A DNA stretch of 63,313 nt, counting the filler, from Basidioascus undulatus (taxonomy: Eukaryota): NCBI GenBank assembly GCA_000826855.1. It is 4 parts of 4 records of this genome, joined end to end, with 100 filler letters (N's around TTAATTAATTAA, not from the genome) between each part and the next. Parts side by side here need not be neighbours in the genome. Positions count along the whole stretch, not along the records: positions 1 to 15,815 come from JTLS01000623.1; positions 15,916 to 31,684 come from JTLS01000625.1; 2 more parts are not named here. The stretch is one strand, 5' to 3'. Position 1 is the first letter of the stretch. Every line of letters begins with the position of its first letter. The notes below the pieces were generated by a model. That model was not told where the DNA came from, searched no databases, and worked only from the letters and a program-made list of their open reading frames with translations. A program made the translations under genes and the position numbers. Shown in pieces: positions 13,378 to 26,200 of this stretch.

Positions 13378-14501
13378 ATGGTGCGTACTGATGAAACCGG
13401 TATGGGGAGGAGGGGTGCAGGATCCAGGGACGCTGATGGCAAGGGACGGCACGCGAGCAGTCCATCAACCCCACTGTCATCCGCCGGATCGCGAAGGAGA
13501 CGCTCAAGCTGCGGCAGGCCCCGCCGGAGGGCATCCGTGTTGAAGTGGATGAGGAGGATTTGGGAAGGGTGCTGGGGTGGGTTGAGGGACCTGGTCAGTT
13601 CACCTTCTTTGAGGTCTGCTTCGTGCGTGGCGGGAGCGCACACACACCACCTTCTATGCATCGCGACTGACCTGGAACGACGGGCAGCCGGCACCCCCTA
13701 CGCCTCCGGGTACTTTAAGGTCGCATTCCACTTCGGGCCGGAGTTCCCTGCTGCCCCGCCGAAATGTGCGCTCACTCGTCCACACACCACCTCTCCTCCT
13801 GCTTGGCGTGGCGCTCATTGAGGGGAGCGGGGGGATGGTAGGCACGATGATCACGAAGATCTTCCACCCAAACGTGTCTAAGACGGGCGAGATCTGCGTC
13901 AACACGCTCAAGAAAGACTGGAAGCCTGAGTTCGGGATCGAGCATATCTTGGTGGTACGTCTGCGCCACCCTTACTTCCTTCCATCCTCCTCCCCATCCC
14001 ACTTCCCCATCCCCTTTCCCACACCTCCTGCATCTTCTTCACACCCCGCATCCGTCCTCTCAGTCTCGATACCCTCCAGACACCCGTTACTGACCTCCCC
14101 CACCCCGTTACCAGACGATCAAGTGCCTCCTGATCTACCCCGGCCCCGACTCCGCACTGGACGAAGAAGCGGGCAAGCTCCTTCAAGAGAACTACGACGA
14201 CTACTTCCGGCACGCGCGGCTCATCACCGACGTCCACGCGCGCACCGTCCCCGCTCCCTTCCTCTCCTCCCCCACCACTACCTCCACCTCTCCTTCCTCT
14301 TCCTCCTCCGCCGCCGCACCCACCTCCGCCACTGCTGCGCCCGCCGCAGCGCGCTCCAGTCCCAACGCATTGACGCCCAGCAACGGGAACGGCTCGGCTG
14401 CAGGGACGGGCGCGGGGGTGGGGGTGGGCGCGAAGCGCGCCGCGGGCGCGGAGGCGGGGAAGAAGGACGCGAAGGCGAAGAAGGGGCTTAAGAGGCTGTG
14501 A
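13378..14501 (+). CDS. UBE2S: Ubiquitin-conjugating enzyme E2 S-like
   Basis: [43 protein letters not shown] (catalytic Cys), [11 protein letters not shown], and the basic tail KKGLKRL typical of UBE2S. Confidence 0.93.
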
Positions 14502-14976
14502 TTCCCCGTCTTCTCTCTTCCCCTCTCCTGCTGCTACTGCTCGTCCATTGCTATAATGCCGGCATGCTCGCATCTTTCTTACTCTACCGCATCGTTGTAC
14601 TCTACGCACGCCAACCTGCCTTCCACCTTCCCATTTTGTTTTCCCCCTCGCTTCGCTTCGCTCGCATCGCATCATCGTACTTGCTAAGCCTTACTACAAC
14701 GCCTGCTTGCTTGCTCGTCTGTCCATGCCCCATGTATTGCGATCGCCCATCAACATGGAGGACTTGTGAAGGGACGCGACGTCCACGCGTGCGCCCTGAC
14801 ATCTGACACGATTCCCGCGCCTCCTCCCTGGCTCCTTGCCGCCGCCGCAGCGGCAGTGCACTCGCTCGCTCGTGCCAAATTAAACGAGCTCGTCCGACCC
14901 CTCTTCTTTCTCTCATCAACTTCTCATCATCTCATCTACATCCACATTCTGCCATTTACCCTTCACCCGGACGCGG

Positions 14977-15815
14977 AATGCCCAGGATATCATCCAATTC
15001 GCCCACGCCGCTGCCCCTCCATGCGGGCCATCCGGGAGTGGGACAGCCGGAGCTGAAGCGGCGGTATGCCGTTGGGCGGTGCGTCCTACCAGGGAACCAA
15101 GTAAGGGAGGGTGGAAGCTGAATGTGGATGTGTGGGGTTGGGAGAAAGCAGGTCGGACTCGGTGGGCGATTTGAGGGTTGAAGTGCGCGAGTGTGTGCCG
15201 GGCGCTGCGGCGCCGGGGAGGGTGAGGTGGTGGAAAGTGCGTCCGTCTTTCCGTTTCTCTGCTTTGCTGTGAAGTCTATCTCATGCTGGATGGGTTTGTG
15301 GTGCGGTGTGGGCGTGGGGTGGCAGGACCGACTCCTCACCCAATACGAAGTCCTCGACCTGCTCATCGTCCGTCTTCCCTCTCTTCCCTCCCTTCACACC
15401 CCGACTGTGACACTCTCCCTCAATTTACCTACAGGACCCCCTCACCGCCCGCCCTACACACGCGATCCACCGCCCCCTCCGCCCGCGGCAGCAAGGATGG
15501 TACATCGTCCTGCGCACGGCGTCCCCCGCGCACCCACACGCGAGCGCGATGCTCGTGCCCGACGGGGACGGGGTAGGGTTCCGACTCGTCCTCTCCTCCT
15601 CCGCTTCCCGGGGCGTTCCGCACGGAAAGCACCAGGCGGAAAGGGTACTGGGAGTGCCGGGCGTGCCCGAGGGTGTGGGGAGCAGCACGAACTTGGTTGG
15701 GCCTGAGGCGGAGGAGGCGTCGAGCTCTGCGACGCCGCTCTCGCCGACGGATCAATTACATCCTCCAAATCAGAAGCAAAGAGCGTACTCGATCCGACCA
15801 GGCACGATCCTTGCG
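14977..15815 (+). CDS. Hypothetical multi-exon protein truncated by contig end
   Basis: ATG MPRISSNSPTP followed by several GT..AG introns and GC-rich exons (DRLLTQYEVLDLLI; MLVPDGDGVGFRLVL); runs into the N linker. Confidence 0.45.
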
Positions 15816-15915
15816 NNNNNNNNNNNNNNNNNNNNNNNNNNNNNNNNNNNNNNNNNNNNTTAATTAATTAANNNNNNNNNNNNNNNNNNNNNNNNNNNNN
15901 NNNNNNNNNNNNNNN
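15816..15915. other. Artificial contig linker N44-TTAATTAATTAA-N44
   Basis: Exactly 100 nt; the core has stops in all six frames; identical to the other two linkers. Confidence 0.98.
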
Positions 15916-16750
15916 TAATCTATCCCTGCCACCATAAAGCCCCGTCAGCTGGTAGCCCCCGCTGTGGTCTGCCCCGCCCAGTTGAATTCTTGACAGTCCC
16001 TTGCGTGTGTCATCCTGAGCGAAGCCTACACAGAGCAGTATAAACTGTCCATATAGCATCTCTGGCACAAATTCTGCAGTGTAAATGGAGGATCAGTTGC
16101 AAGGTACTGCCAATCCAGGGGAAATAGTGCAAGCTATGATTGCACCTGCATGTTCATCTTTCAGGACTAAACTTGAACAAAGTCAAATGAGGAGCCTTCT
16201 ACAGTTTATTTACTCTGTGGTTGAACAGACATTAGATGCCCATCAAGGGCTGGACATCTCCAGCCATCTGAGGCACCCTTCATGCACAGTCCAATGTGGG
16301 TGTTACACCAGGCCAATGTACAGAACAGGCAGATATCTGACTAACATAACTCAGGGCAGGCAATGAGCCTGGGGAACTGATATCACTGAAAGAGCATGCC
16401 GAAGTGGTCACCAGTAAAGGGAGGCCGTCACAGGCCAGCGAGGAAGCTGCATTACAGAGCCTGGTGGTGGTTCTTCTCGGCCAATATGACTTACTGTAAA
16501 GGCCAAGATGACCTACCACAAAATCAAAAGCCGCTGGGATTGACTTTCCGTCGCACTCCAACTTCCATTTCTAGACAGATCAGCAGCTGATTGTGTCCCA
16601 CAGGAGTATGTCCTTGATTCTGTACAGCCGTGACCAACCTGGTCAACTCTGCTGCGAGGTTTGTTGGTGGTCAGTCCTTTTGAAGCCAGCTGACTCGCCT
16701 TATCGACAGACAATCTTGCCTGTCTTTTTGTTCCTGATACATACATCTGC
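15916..16750. repeat. CpG-depleted degenerate repeat or transposon relic, family not identified
   Basis: No CG seen between about 16023 and 16399, many TG/CA dinucleotides, at a contig end, no intact ORF. Confidence 0.45.
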
Positions 16751-16915
16751 CTTTACGCTTGAAACCCTGCAACTGAGTCAGGGAGTCTCGCGGTCTATTT
16801 GCAGGGGAGTCCACTGTTCGAAATGTCGTCATTTGATGCTTGGCCAATCTCTCCACCACTACCCATCCACCCGAGCATTTTACACGACCATCACCACCAG
16901 CTAAATCCGAACAAT

Positions 16916-17678
16916 ATGCCTCGGACATCCCGCGACATCCTGCAAGATCTGTCCACTCGCATCCCACCGCCTCCGCTCGCGCCGGCCGGGCCGCACGACC
17001 CGACGCTCAAGCTCGAGATCGACCGACTAAACGAGAAGCCGGGCGTCAAGGCAGGTGAGCAATCACCCTTGGACATGCTTAAAGACGGATTGCGGTGCAA
17101 TTTGGCGGATTTAATGCATAGATCTGATGAAGCACGGCCGGGCGGGCAGCGCTGCATCTTCTGAACGACGACTTGAACGAGTGTCATGAGATTGCGCAGG
17201 CACGAGAGGTGCGTCAGCGGCGAGGCTTTGGGTGATATTTACCGCTGTTGGTGTGCTGAGGTATTTCTCTGGCTGTAGGGCGTACCCACCTTCGACTACC
17301 TTCATGCTGTCCTGCACAGGCGAGAAGGCGACTACTGGAATTCGGTCCGTTTCCCCTTCCTTCCGCCTATCCTGCTCTTCTAATTTTATCGGTCCTCTCT
17401 TTCCCAAAACAGAAATGGTATACATCTCAAAAATATGGCCCGTTTGAGTTATCGTTTGCCACAAAAAGCTCATTTCTTCTCGTTCCAGGTGGTTCGCCCG
17501 CTTCTCGCACCCGCTCTTCTTGCGACTGTACGGGCACAAGCTTTCTCCCTCGGCGTTTATCGATCGCGTGCAGGCTGTAGAGACGGGGGGAAGCGAACGT
17601 GCACGAGGGGATTTGGAGGGGCTTCAGTTGAGAGAGATGGTTGCCATCGCGGAGTATGCCCTAGAGAATGGCATTTGA
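16916..17678 (+). CDS. Uncharacterised protein with LHRREGDYWNSKWWF motif, 5 exons
   Basis: Spliced: ...KAALHLLNDDLNECHEIAQAREGVPTFDYLHAVLHRREGDYWNSKWWFARFSHP...YALENGI-TGA; needs the 5-nt exon AAATG at 17413-17417. Confidence 0.85.
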
Positions 17679-18399
17679 ATGTTCGCAGGGCATTGTGCGC
17701 GCACACCACATACCGTGGTGCCAGATCGCCGCAATGCTATTCATTCCTGGACTACCTGGATTGATAAGAAATAATATCTAGGCTTGTTGGTTGTTCACAC
17801 TGAGCGCCGTCGACGTTGTGGCCGACCCGCCCGGTTGGTGCTGCTGCCCCGCACCGAGCTGCGCCAGCTTGCAGCGCTTGCGGGTTTCCTTGCACCTGCC
17901 TACACGTAGCCGTATTGATTCAAGGGCACGAAGAATAGGCGGGGTGAAGCCTTGAAACAAGCGCCCGCGAGCGCTTGAATCAGGTGCTTGAATCAAGCCG
18001 AATTATGTAGCATAACGCACATAATGCGCTTGTAGCGCTGCATAATTGCTTGAAACAGCCATTTCTGGCACTTTCCTACTTGAGTTTTGGCCTCCTTTAC
18101 TTCACAGAATCCCTGGCTGAAAAATTTATTGGTGAGTTGCAATTGCTTTAATTTCTTGAGAAGAATGATGCTGCAAGCAAAAAACGCCAACTGACACTCC
18201 AGAGCCCGGACCCGCGTCGGGCCGCACGACGTGAGGCCCCCTCTGCTCGCTCGCTTGCTTCATCCTTCCCATCGACTGTACAGCCGCTCACTTTTCCTCA
18301 CTTCCAAATCTCATATCACACACAAATCTGTATATAACTATCGGTAAACATCAATCTGGGTATCAACATTTATTTTCTGCTCTTGCGCGGCTTTGCCCT

Positions 18400-20800
18400 T
18401 CAAGCCACCTTGTTCTTCTCCCGCACCGCCTTCACCAACTTCCCGAAGCTAATCTTCCCATACTCCGCATCCCAAACCGCCTTCCGCCTCCCCAGCCTCC
18501 CACTCCTCGTAATCCTTCTGCCGCTGGCTGAAGGACCCATATCCTGTCCGCTCCGCCTGTGTCCAGTCGCACAGAGCGACCGGGAGGCCGGTCGTCTTCG
18601 CCTCCGGGATGCGGAGGTGACGGGACACGGGGCGCGGCGGTTGCGGTCTGCTGCTGTGCGGGGTGCTGAGAACCAGGGAGGTGGAGGGGAGACGCTCCGG
18701 TGAGTGAAGTGGAAGCAGCTGGCGCTGTGGTAGCCGTGGTGGGTGGTTGAGGAGCAGCTGAGGGTGTTGTGGATGTGGAGGGTGCTGGAGTGCTCAGCAA
18801 AGCGAGGAGAGAGGGGAGGAGGGCTTCGAGCGAGGGGGATGTGGGAAGGACTGAAGGGGAGGGAGTGGGGAGATTGAAGGGCGGGGGAGCGGAGGAAGGG
18901 GAAGCTGTTTGTTGCGCAACAAGTGAATATGATGAGCAAGAAAATTGGGAGAGATGGTCGATAGACATACGGAGAAAAGAGTGAAGCCATCGACGCGTCT
19001 GCGCCTCGCTGCGAATCCGCAAGCATCGCGCCCATGCTCGCGACCGTCTGCGTCAGGAAGTTGAGACGCGCGTCCATATGACGCAGTAGCTTGCATCTCG
19101 TGGACGGCCTGCTCGGTCGCGTGCTTGACCTCGGCGGCAGTGGCGGGCGAGTCGGCGATACCGCCGGACGCGAACATGTCCTTCTTGGTGCGGAGGTCCG
19201 GCGAGAAGAAGTCGCCGTGGGTCTTTTCGTACTTTACGAAGGCCTCGAGCAAGTACTTGGCGAGAACGTCCTCCTACAAACAGACGGCAGAGTATCAGTG
19301 CAAGCCTTGCGCTGCGTGCTGGGGAACGAGGAAAGCGGCGGGCTTAAACTTCTCGTCGTCGTCCGACCATGCTCCCACCACTTCACAGCCGCAAGGGGCA
19401 TGTTGGGCAGACCGTACTCGATCCGGCGGAAGTTGTGCTGAACTGGACCACGACGAGGAGCGTGGTCGGTGAACGTGCCGAGGCGGCCTTCGAGGAGACC
19501 GGCGTCCGCGACGAACTTCTGGAAGAGCTTTGTGATCGCCGAGTTGTCCCACTTGCTGCGGGGCTGTATAGAAGGATTCAGCGACATAAACCAATTGAAT
19601 TGACCAGTTGAACTCACCTTGAGACGGCCATTTGCAGCAATAGCCGGGAAGAGGAAGAACTCCGGTCTCCAGTCCTGGCCCATCTCGTTCTTCGCCCACG
19701 CGAGCCAACGGAGGAGGAACCTGAATGGTTCGTTGTACGGGAGGTCCGGCTTCTCGTGAACTTCGTACTTGTTGCCTGAAAGAAAGAGGTCAGACTGGAG
19801 GCGACAGCAGAAGACTGAAGATTTACCCTTGTTGGGATCAATCTGGTTCGTCTTGCGCCAGAGGACGGTGATGGTGAAGAGGCGGGAACGGGAGGAGGAA
19901 GTGTGGATGCCGGAGAGCGCAGAATAGAGGAGAAAAGTGAGCTCGTCCGTCCTGCAAGACAGCCTTGTCAGTAGCCCGCATTTGCCTGAGTTCCGAGACA
20001 ACCGCACCGCGTCCAGAGGACCCACGCAATCGAGATAAACCCGATCATGAGCTCGACCTCCGTTTCCTCCTGCGTCCCTGGCGTGGGGCGAAGGCGAGCA
20101 AGTACTTAAAGAGCTTCTTGAGGTCGCGGGACATGAGCGGCAGGCTACGCTTTGTCTCGCATGCTTGCGTTTCTCGCGCTTCTTGACTGACTTGTACAGG
20201 AAGACGAAGTCCTGATCGTAACTGGGTTGCACTCAGTAACAAGATCCCCATCCACCTTTTTCACCTTCCACCTCCCCTCCTTCACAGCCCAAACTCATGA
20301 GAAGATGCAGAGAGAGAGAAGGGAGAGCCGTCACTCACGGTGTCCGCCCCCAACTCCTTAATGAAGTAGTCCCTGTATGATGAACGATTACCGTCCAAGC
20401 CGGACAGACCGAGCCCCTCGACATCGCATTTTTGCGTGATGTAGAGGCGGAGTGCCTCAGCGGTCTTGTCCGACAGCGTGTCGAACGCGCCTGCGAGCTC
20501 GCCCTGGCCGAGCGACACGGGCCACCTCTTCCCGCGATCGACGTAGCCCTTATAGTTATGTTGTTCCGGCGACGTGATGGTTATTTACGGTCGCTTTAGC
20601 CTGAGCCTTGAGGTTCTTGACCGTCTGGGCGCCGGTAGAGGAGTTGGGGGATGGAGTGGTGGACGCGGTGGGAGCCGGAAGGGGGTTAGAGGTCGGAGCA
20701 GGTTGCGTGCGGGAGGACCGGGTGGTTCTGGGCTACTTGTGGCAGCTGGAAGGGCTAACGCAGCTGGAGCGTGCGCTTTTTGGGCCGCATCTTTGATATG
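18400..20800 (-). mobile_element. Decayed Crypton-like DNA transposon: intron-containing tyrosine recombinase pseudogene with a possible GCR1_C-like tail
   Basis: LWTR|TDEL (Arg), WRKTNQ (Lys), FLFPAI, FTDHAPRRG (HxxR), VKWW-GAWS, LAKYLLE (Tyr); N-terminal YVDRGKRW..AFD..ALRLYITQKC; several frameshifts. Boundaries approximate. Confidence 0.8.
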
Positions 20801-21406
20801 TGAAGAGGAATGATGGATAAGCCAGAGAAACAGAGAGGAGTGCTCAGAACGCGAGAACCACTTTCACTGCATGCGCTCGGCGCACGCGTGCCAGCTTGCA
20901 GCCAAGGAGTCGAAACCGTTGCAGCTAGCAGTTTTATGTATAAGCAGTGAACGCTCTTAGATAAGCATTAGAAGGTCAAAAATTAAATTTAATATTCATG
21001 ATCTTCCCAGAAAATCAGTCGTACAGAGGAGGCATTGAACCATGTAAATTAGTTTGCCGATGCAGGCAAGTGCAAAGGCAGAGCGCGTGAATCGCGCGCT
21101 TGCTACGGACCTCTTTATGAAGGACATAAATAATACACATTTTGAGCAACGGGTAGTCCGGCAACAAGTCTTAGTCAGGAGCCCATGGCACTAAACGTTA
21201 TGTCACACAAGCTTCCTGCAATGTTTGGTTGTCGCGTTGCGTTCCCTTTGCCCACCTCTTTAGCGACCGCTGTCAGGCCGGAACGCTGATTTCCGAGCTT
21301 TTCTTTCTCACTCGAACGACTCGTCGGCTGGGCCCCTATGACCAACGTTCCCAGCGTTCAGCCGTTCACACGCCGCCCTTACCAAGCTTCCCTCACCGCC
21401 TCGACA

Positions 21407-22965
21407 ATGCCACTCATCAGTATACTCGCACCGGCTGTCTTCTTCATAAACTGGAGCATTGTACTACTAGTGTTGGCACCAAACTGGCACGGAGCGAGAG
21501 CACAGTATAGCAATGTCACATGCGGCGACTGTGGGTGTCGACTCTCGGGGACTGTGGGGCATGCGAGCACAGCCGCTGACTCTCTCTTCCCTGGGTTTTT
21601 AGGGTCGTCCTGGATGGTAGGTTTGTTGGGGGTACATACCATAGCGACGCTGACCGCAGGTATCTTCATGCCAGCTCAACACCTTCGGCGAGACACCCTG
21701 CCTTGTTTGGGCTCGCATCGGCGCGTTGTGTTCCGGCGAGAACTGTGAGCCTGCAACACTCATTCGGTGAATAGGACGAGGCTGAAGCGCCGGGAGCATG
21801 CCAGACACGGTCGCGTCTTTGCAAGCGGAGAGCTACATCTATACTTCTCCCGACGGGACCCAATGCACCCCGTGCCAATGCAATAGCGTGGCCTTCAGTC
21901 TGATGGTACGTGGAGTTGTCCTTAGAGGCTGATACCCTACCGTGCCATCTGACGATCTCTTGTGCTTACAGTCCGCATGCACTGTGTGCCAGTATGAGGA
22001 CGCCAAGAGGCGGCTGCAGTTCGATAATCAAGAGTGCGTACCTCTACGCCGCCTGCTCAAGAAAGTGCGCACAGCTTAAGGGAGTGCGGCAGGTATTGGT
22101 CCTTCTCGTGCAATACTTCGGGCGTCGATGGTTCCCTCTATCGGTTCAAGTGTGTACAAAGAAACACTCATAGTTTCATGAAGGATTTTTACTGACAAGC
22201 TGAAGGAAACAAAGTGGAACGATGGACCTGAGCATCGAGCAGGCCGCCACGAACGCCGGAGTGAGCATTCCGATATGGGCGAGGTTGCCCATCACCGAAG
22301 ACCCTGGCTATTGGGATCAAGGTGATATCTGGATGCTCAGCCGTCCCGTCCAAAAGAAGGGTATGCTCAGTTGAAACGTACCTGGCGACGATACAGATGC
22401 CGCCTACCAAGTCGCACTTATCGCAGCTGCAACCGCATCCCAGACCTTGACAACGGCCGATCCAACCTTCACTTTTCCAACGGCAACAGCTTCCTCGACA
22501 CTTTCTTCGACCCTGGGGACTGTTCTCCACCCGAGCCCCAGCCCCGCAGCTGTAGCAGGCGGCACGGTGGGTGGCATTCTGCTCGTCGCAGTGCTGCTCG
22601 CTCTCTTGTGGTTCTTCTTCCGTCGTCGCCGACGCCTGCGCCGCGAGCGAGACCTGCAGGCGCAACAGGCAGCCGCATACGAGGAGTTCCGCTCATCCGT
22701 CGCCGTCTCCTACCCGAGAGTCGACAATCGGCCGCGCGGACGAGCCCTGTCGACAAGCAGCACAGCCAAGGACGGCTTCAACAGCTCGCCAACGTCGACA
22801 GACAACTCGCAAGGGCCGCTGCTGCGACTGGCTCATGGACCGACCGCACCGTCGTTGGTTTATGTCCCGTACAACGAGAGCTTACCCACGACCCCGACCA
22901 CGATTTCTGGCGCGTACCCGCACTTGCCCGAGGTCGAAGCTGTCAAGCGTGGCGGTTGGCGTTGA
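21407..22965 (+). CDS. Single-pass membrane protein: signal peptide, Cys-rich ectodomain, Ser/Thr stalk
   Basis: SNVTC, WMLNTFGETPCLV, CTPCQCNSVAFSLMSACTVCQ, TM AVAGGTVGGILLVAVLLALLWFFF then RRRRR. Alternative start at 21338. Confidence 0.8.
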
Positions 22966-23259
22966 GGCGACGCAGTTTCACTCTTAGGATAGCCCAGGGC
23001 TCCGATAATCATTTTGTATATTCACTGAATGTCATTTTGTCTGACACGCTATAGTCACGTATCATACGACGGTGGTTGAGAGCCCTGCCTGCGTGAGTCG
23101 AAACGACAGTGACGGCGTGCCACTCGCCTATGCTAAGTGCATGGTTTCTTACCGTTGATCTCGAGCTTCAGCACTCATAAGCCAGTATGGCGCATTCAGT
23201 GGAAGAATGAACATCGCGTCGCCTGCGAATCCACGGTACAACGTTACATAGCAGGGCAA

Positions 23260-26200
23260 TCACCACGCAGTCCCGACCTCAACTAAACATCTCCGCGCCA
23301 GCTCCTTCACGCTCAAACGCTCGCCCGCCACCTTGTCCTTCTCCCCGTTTTCAACCGCGTTTTCTGCCGAAAGCGGTCCCGCTTTCGGCAGAGAACGGCG
23401 GCGCCAGGACTGGGAGGTCGGTTGCGAAGGTGCAGGAGCGACCGGCGCGGTCGTAGGCAAGACGAGAAGCTCCGTGAAGAGGCGGTAGGCGTGGAAGAGA
23501 TGGGCGACCGGCGAGCGCGAAACGACGTTCCTGATCTGCATGTGCGCAGGCGCGGTGACGTCGAGAGCTACAAAAAAGGAACAGAATGAGCACATCTATG
23601 CAATGCGTAATTTGGTGGGCTACGACGCACGAGAAGGGTTGAGCGCCTGCCCCGAGGGATTATCCGAGAACGCCGCATGCAGTGTTCCAGGATACAGCCG
23701 GAGCGCGTACAGCTTTCGCAGGACGTAGTGCAGCTCCTCCTCGCGCACCCTGGCCAGACCAGCGTTAACTAAGATTCACGCCGAAAATGGAAACTAAGAC
23801 TCACCGAGGGAATGGCATTTTGCCCCTGAGCGGGGCTTCTGCGACGTATGCCGACAGCACGCTCGTGCATCTCTCCAGCAAAGCTGGTAGACACAACGCT
23901 GCCACGCGCCGCCGGGGCGGTTCTTGATCTGCGGACAGCGATCATCCTGTCAGCTGAAACCAAGGCCCGTAAAGAACAAACGCAGGTACCTGCCGCCGCG
24001 TCTGAGCATACTGCGAACAGCAGATCAAAGCACCAGTACGCGAAGCGTTCTCGAGGCGCCTCGACGAGCGGGGCGACGCTGCCGTTGACGCCATCGGCGT
24101 GCATGTCGGGGTCGTGGACGTACGGGCGGCTCGCGCGTTGCAGAACCGTCGCGAGCTGAACGACGAGGTCGTCGGGAATGGCTGTGTTGCCGAGTCGGGG
24201 GAAGATGTCCGCCTCGAGAGTGGCGAGAACGGCGAGGTCGAAGTCCTCCTCGGCGGCTTGGTCGGACAAGGGGAATGCTTGAACAGGTGAACTAGAGACA
24301 ATTGGCAGTCAGCGCGAGAGAAGGCGGACAACCGCTGACGTTGGCGGAGCTTACCAGTCGGCCTGAAGGTTTCCTCGGAAGACATCGACGATCTGCCGCC
24401 AGATGGCCTCGAATTGCTCAGCTGGCAGGCCTGGTTATATCTGTCAGCAACGGGCGTGGCTGGAGTACCAGAGCCGGTCTGCGCACCTCGCTCCATGGTG
24501 TCAAGGACCTGAACGGCGTCGCGTACGAGCTGGATGAAGTTGAGGGTCGCGGTCTTCCACAGCGGTGGGTCATCGCCGAACTTGCTCGCGGGCGGGACGT
24601 CGTACTTGAGCTTCATCGGGATGCCGTACGCCTATCCAGCCATCGCCGATGTGTCAGTATTCAGCACAGACGTTTCACTGTGCAAAGACCATACGCACCC
24701 CGAGCATCTTCTCGAGTGCCCCGCTAGAGACCACCTCCCGATCGCCCTTGTGCTTCCTGAACAGCTCGACCACTCGAGGCATCGCGTCCTTGCAGAGCGC
24801 GACGTACGTGACTCGGCGGGGGGGGGTCTTGGCCGTTCCCCCACCGGGAACGGACACAGTCGTCCCGTCCGTGTAGTCGAAAGCGCCGAGGAAGGGGAGC
24901 GTGCCAAATTCAGCAAGGTCGGCCAGGACGAGGGCAGACGCGCCGGGCGGGGAGGAGAGGTCGACAGACATGACGACGTCAACGACGGCAGTTTGCAGCG
25001 GTGTCTAAAAGAGCGGTCAACCCAAGGGACGTGAGCTGGAGCCGGGCGTATCTCGGTGGAACAGAGACGCACCATGACGTCCACGTCAGGCCGGTAGTCG
25101 CGCGAGAGCGGGTAGGTGAGCAAGCCCTTGAGGACCTTAAGCATGCGCTCTATCCTGCGGAGCTCCCACTTCGCTCCCGCAACGGCGTGGATGGGCCGGA
25201 CAACGTCAACGAGCGCGCAGAGGTTCTCCTGCGTGTACGGCTCAGCCCTCGCGCCGTGCTCGCTTGTTGCCGGTGTCGCCGCCGCTGCGCCGAGCACCGC
25301 CTCGCCCATGTCGTCCCATGTCTTCCACGCGCGCTCCCACGGCTCGTCACCGACCGCCTTGCCGGCGCTGAGGACCTTGCCGAGCGCCTGTAGTGCAGAC
25401 GTCGCGAGCGCGCGGCTCTCGTTCGAGAACGTCGCTGCGACGTGGCGGAGGAAGCGGTCCCAGAGCGCGGGGAACGAGGATAGGTGGACGAGCTTGGACG
25501 CGAGGTAGGCGTGCAGAACGGTCGCGACCGAGTGGAGCGTGAGCGTCTTGGAGTCATCCCAGCTCGCAGCGGCGCTGGGCGGCGGGAGGGGTTCGGAGGT
25601 CGGCTGCGGGTGGATGACAGGCGAGGGGGTCGACGCGGTTTTGGAACCCGCGTCGAGCTGGTCCAGAAGCGGGAAGACAATCTTCCAGACGACGTCGTTC
25701 CATGCGTGCTCGTCGAGCGACGCGCCGTACAGGTCGATCGAGCGGAAGAGCGTCTGGATCGCCCCGTTGCGGACCTCGGGGCGCGGGTCCTCCGCGAGCG
25801 CGCGCAGCCGGTCGAGCAGCATCATCCACAGCTGCGTGAAGCGCCGTTCGTTCGCGGCGTCCTCCTTGCGGCGAGCCTGGAGGTAGTCGCTGACGTTCCA
25901 GAGCCTGCATTCGCAACCACGGTAAGCAAGTCGGTCATTTCAGCCTCGTCGGCGGACGTACAAATGCGAAGCCGTCAAGCAGATGTTGAGGTCGTCCGGC
26001 TGGTGCCCAAAGTCCGTTAACGTCGAGATGCAGAGCTCGAGCTCGTCCGGCGAGAGCGCGGACAAGAAGTCAGTGCAGACGAGGTTAAGGCAAGCGAATG
26101 CGACGCGGACGAGATTCGGGTTCCTGCTCGGCCTTTGCGCAGGGCCGAGCGACGTCGGGCGACTCTTTGTTGGCGTCGACATAGACGTACGCGGCTCCGA

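Noticed and set aside
15860..15871. TTAATTAATTAA palindrome, also at 31729 and 47544, as a recombination or piggyBac TTAA site
   Set aside because: Centred in identical N runs; it is an artificial six-frame-stop linker.
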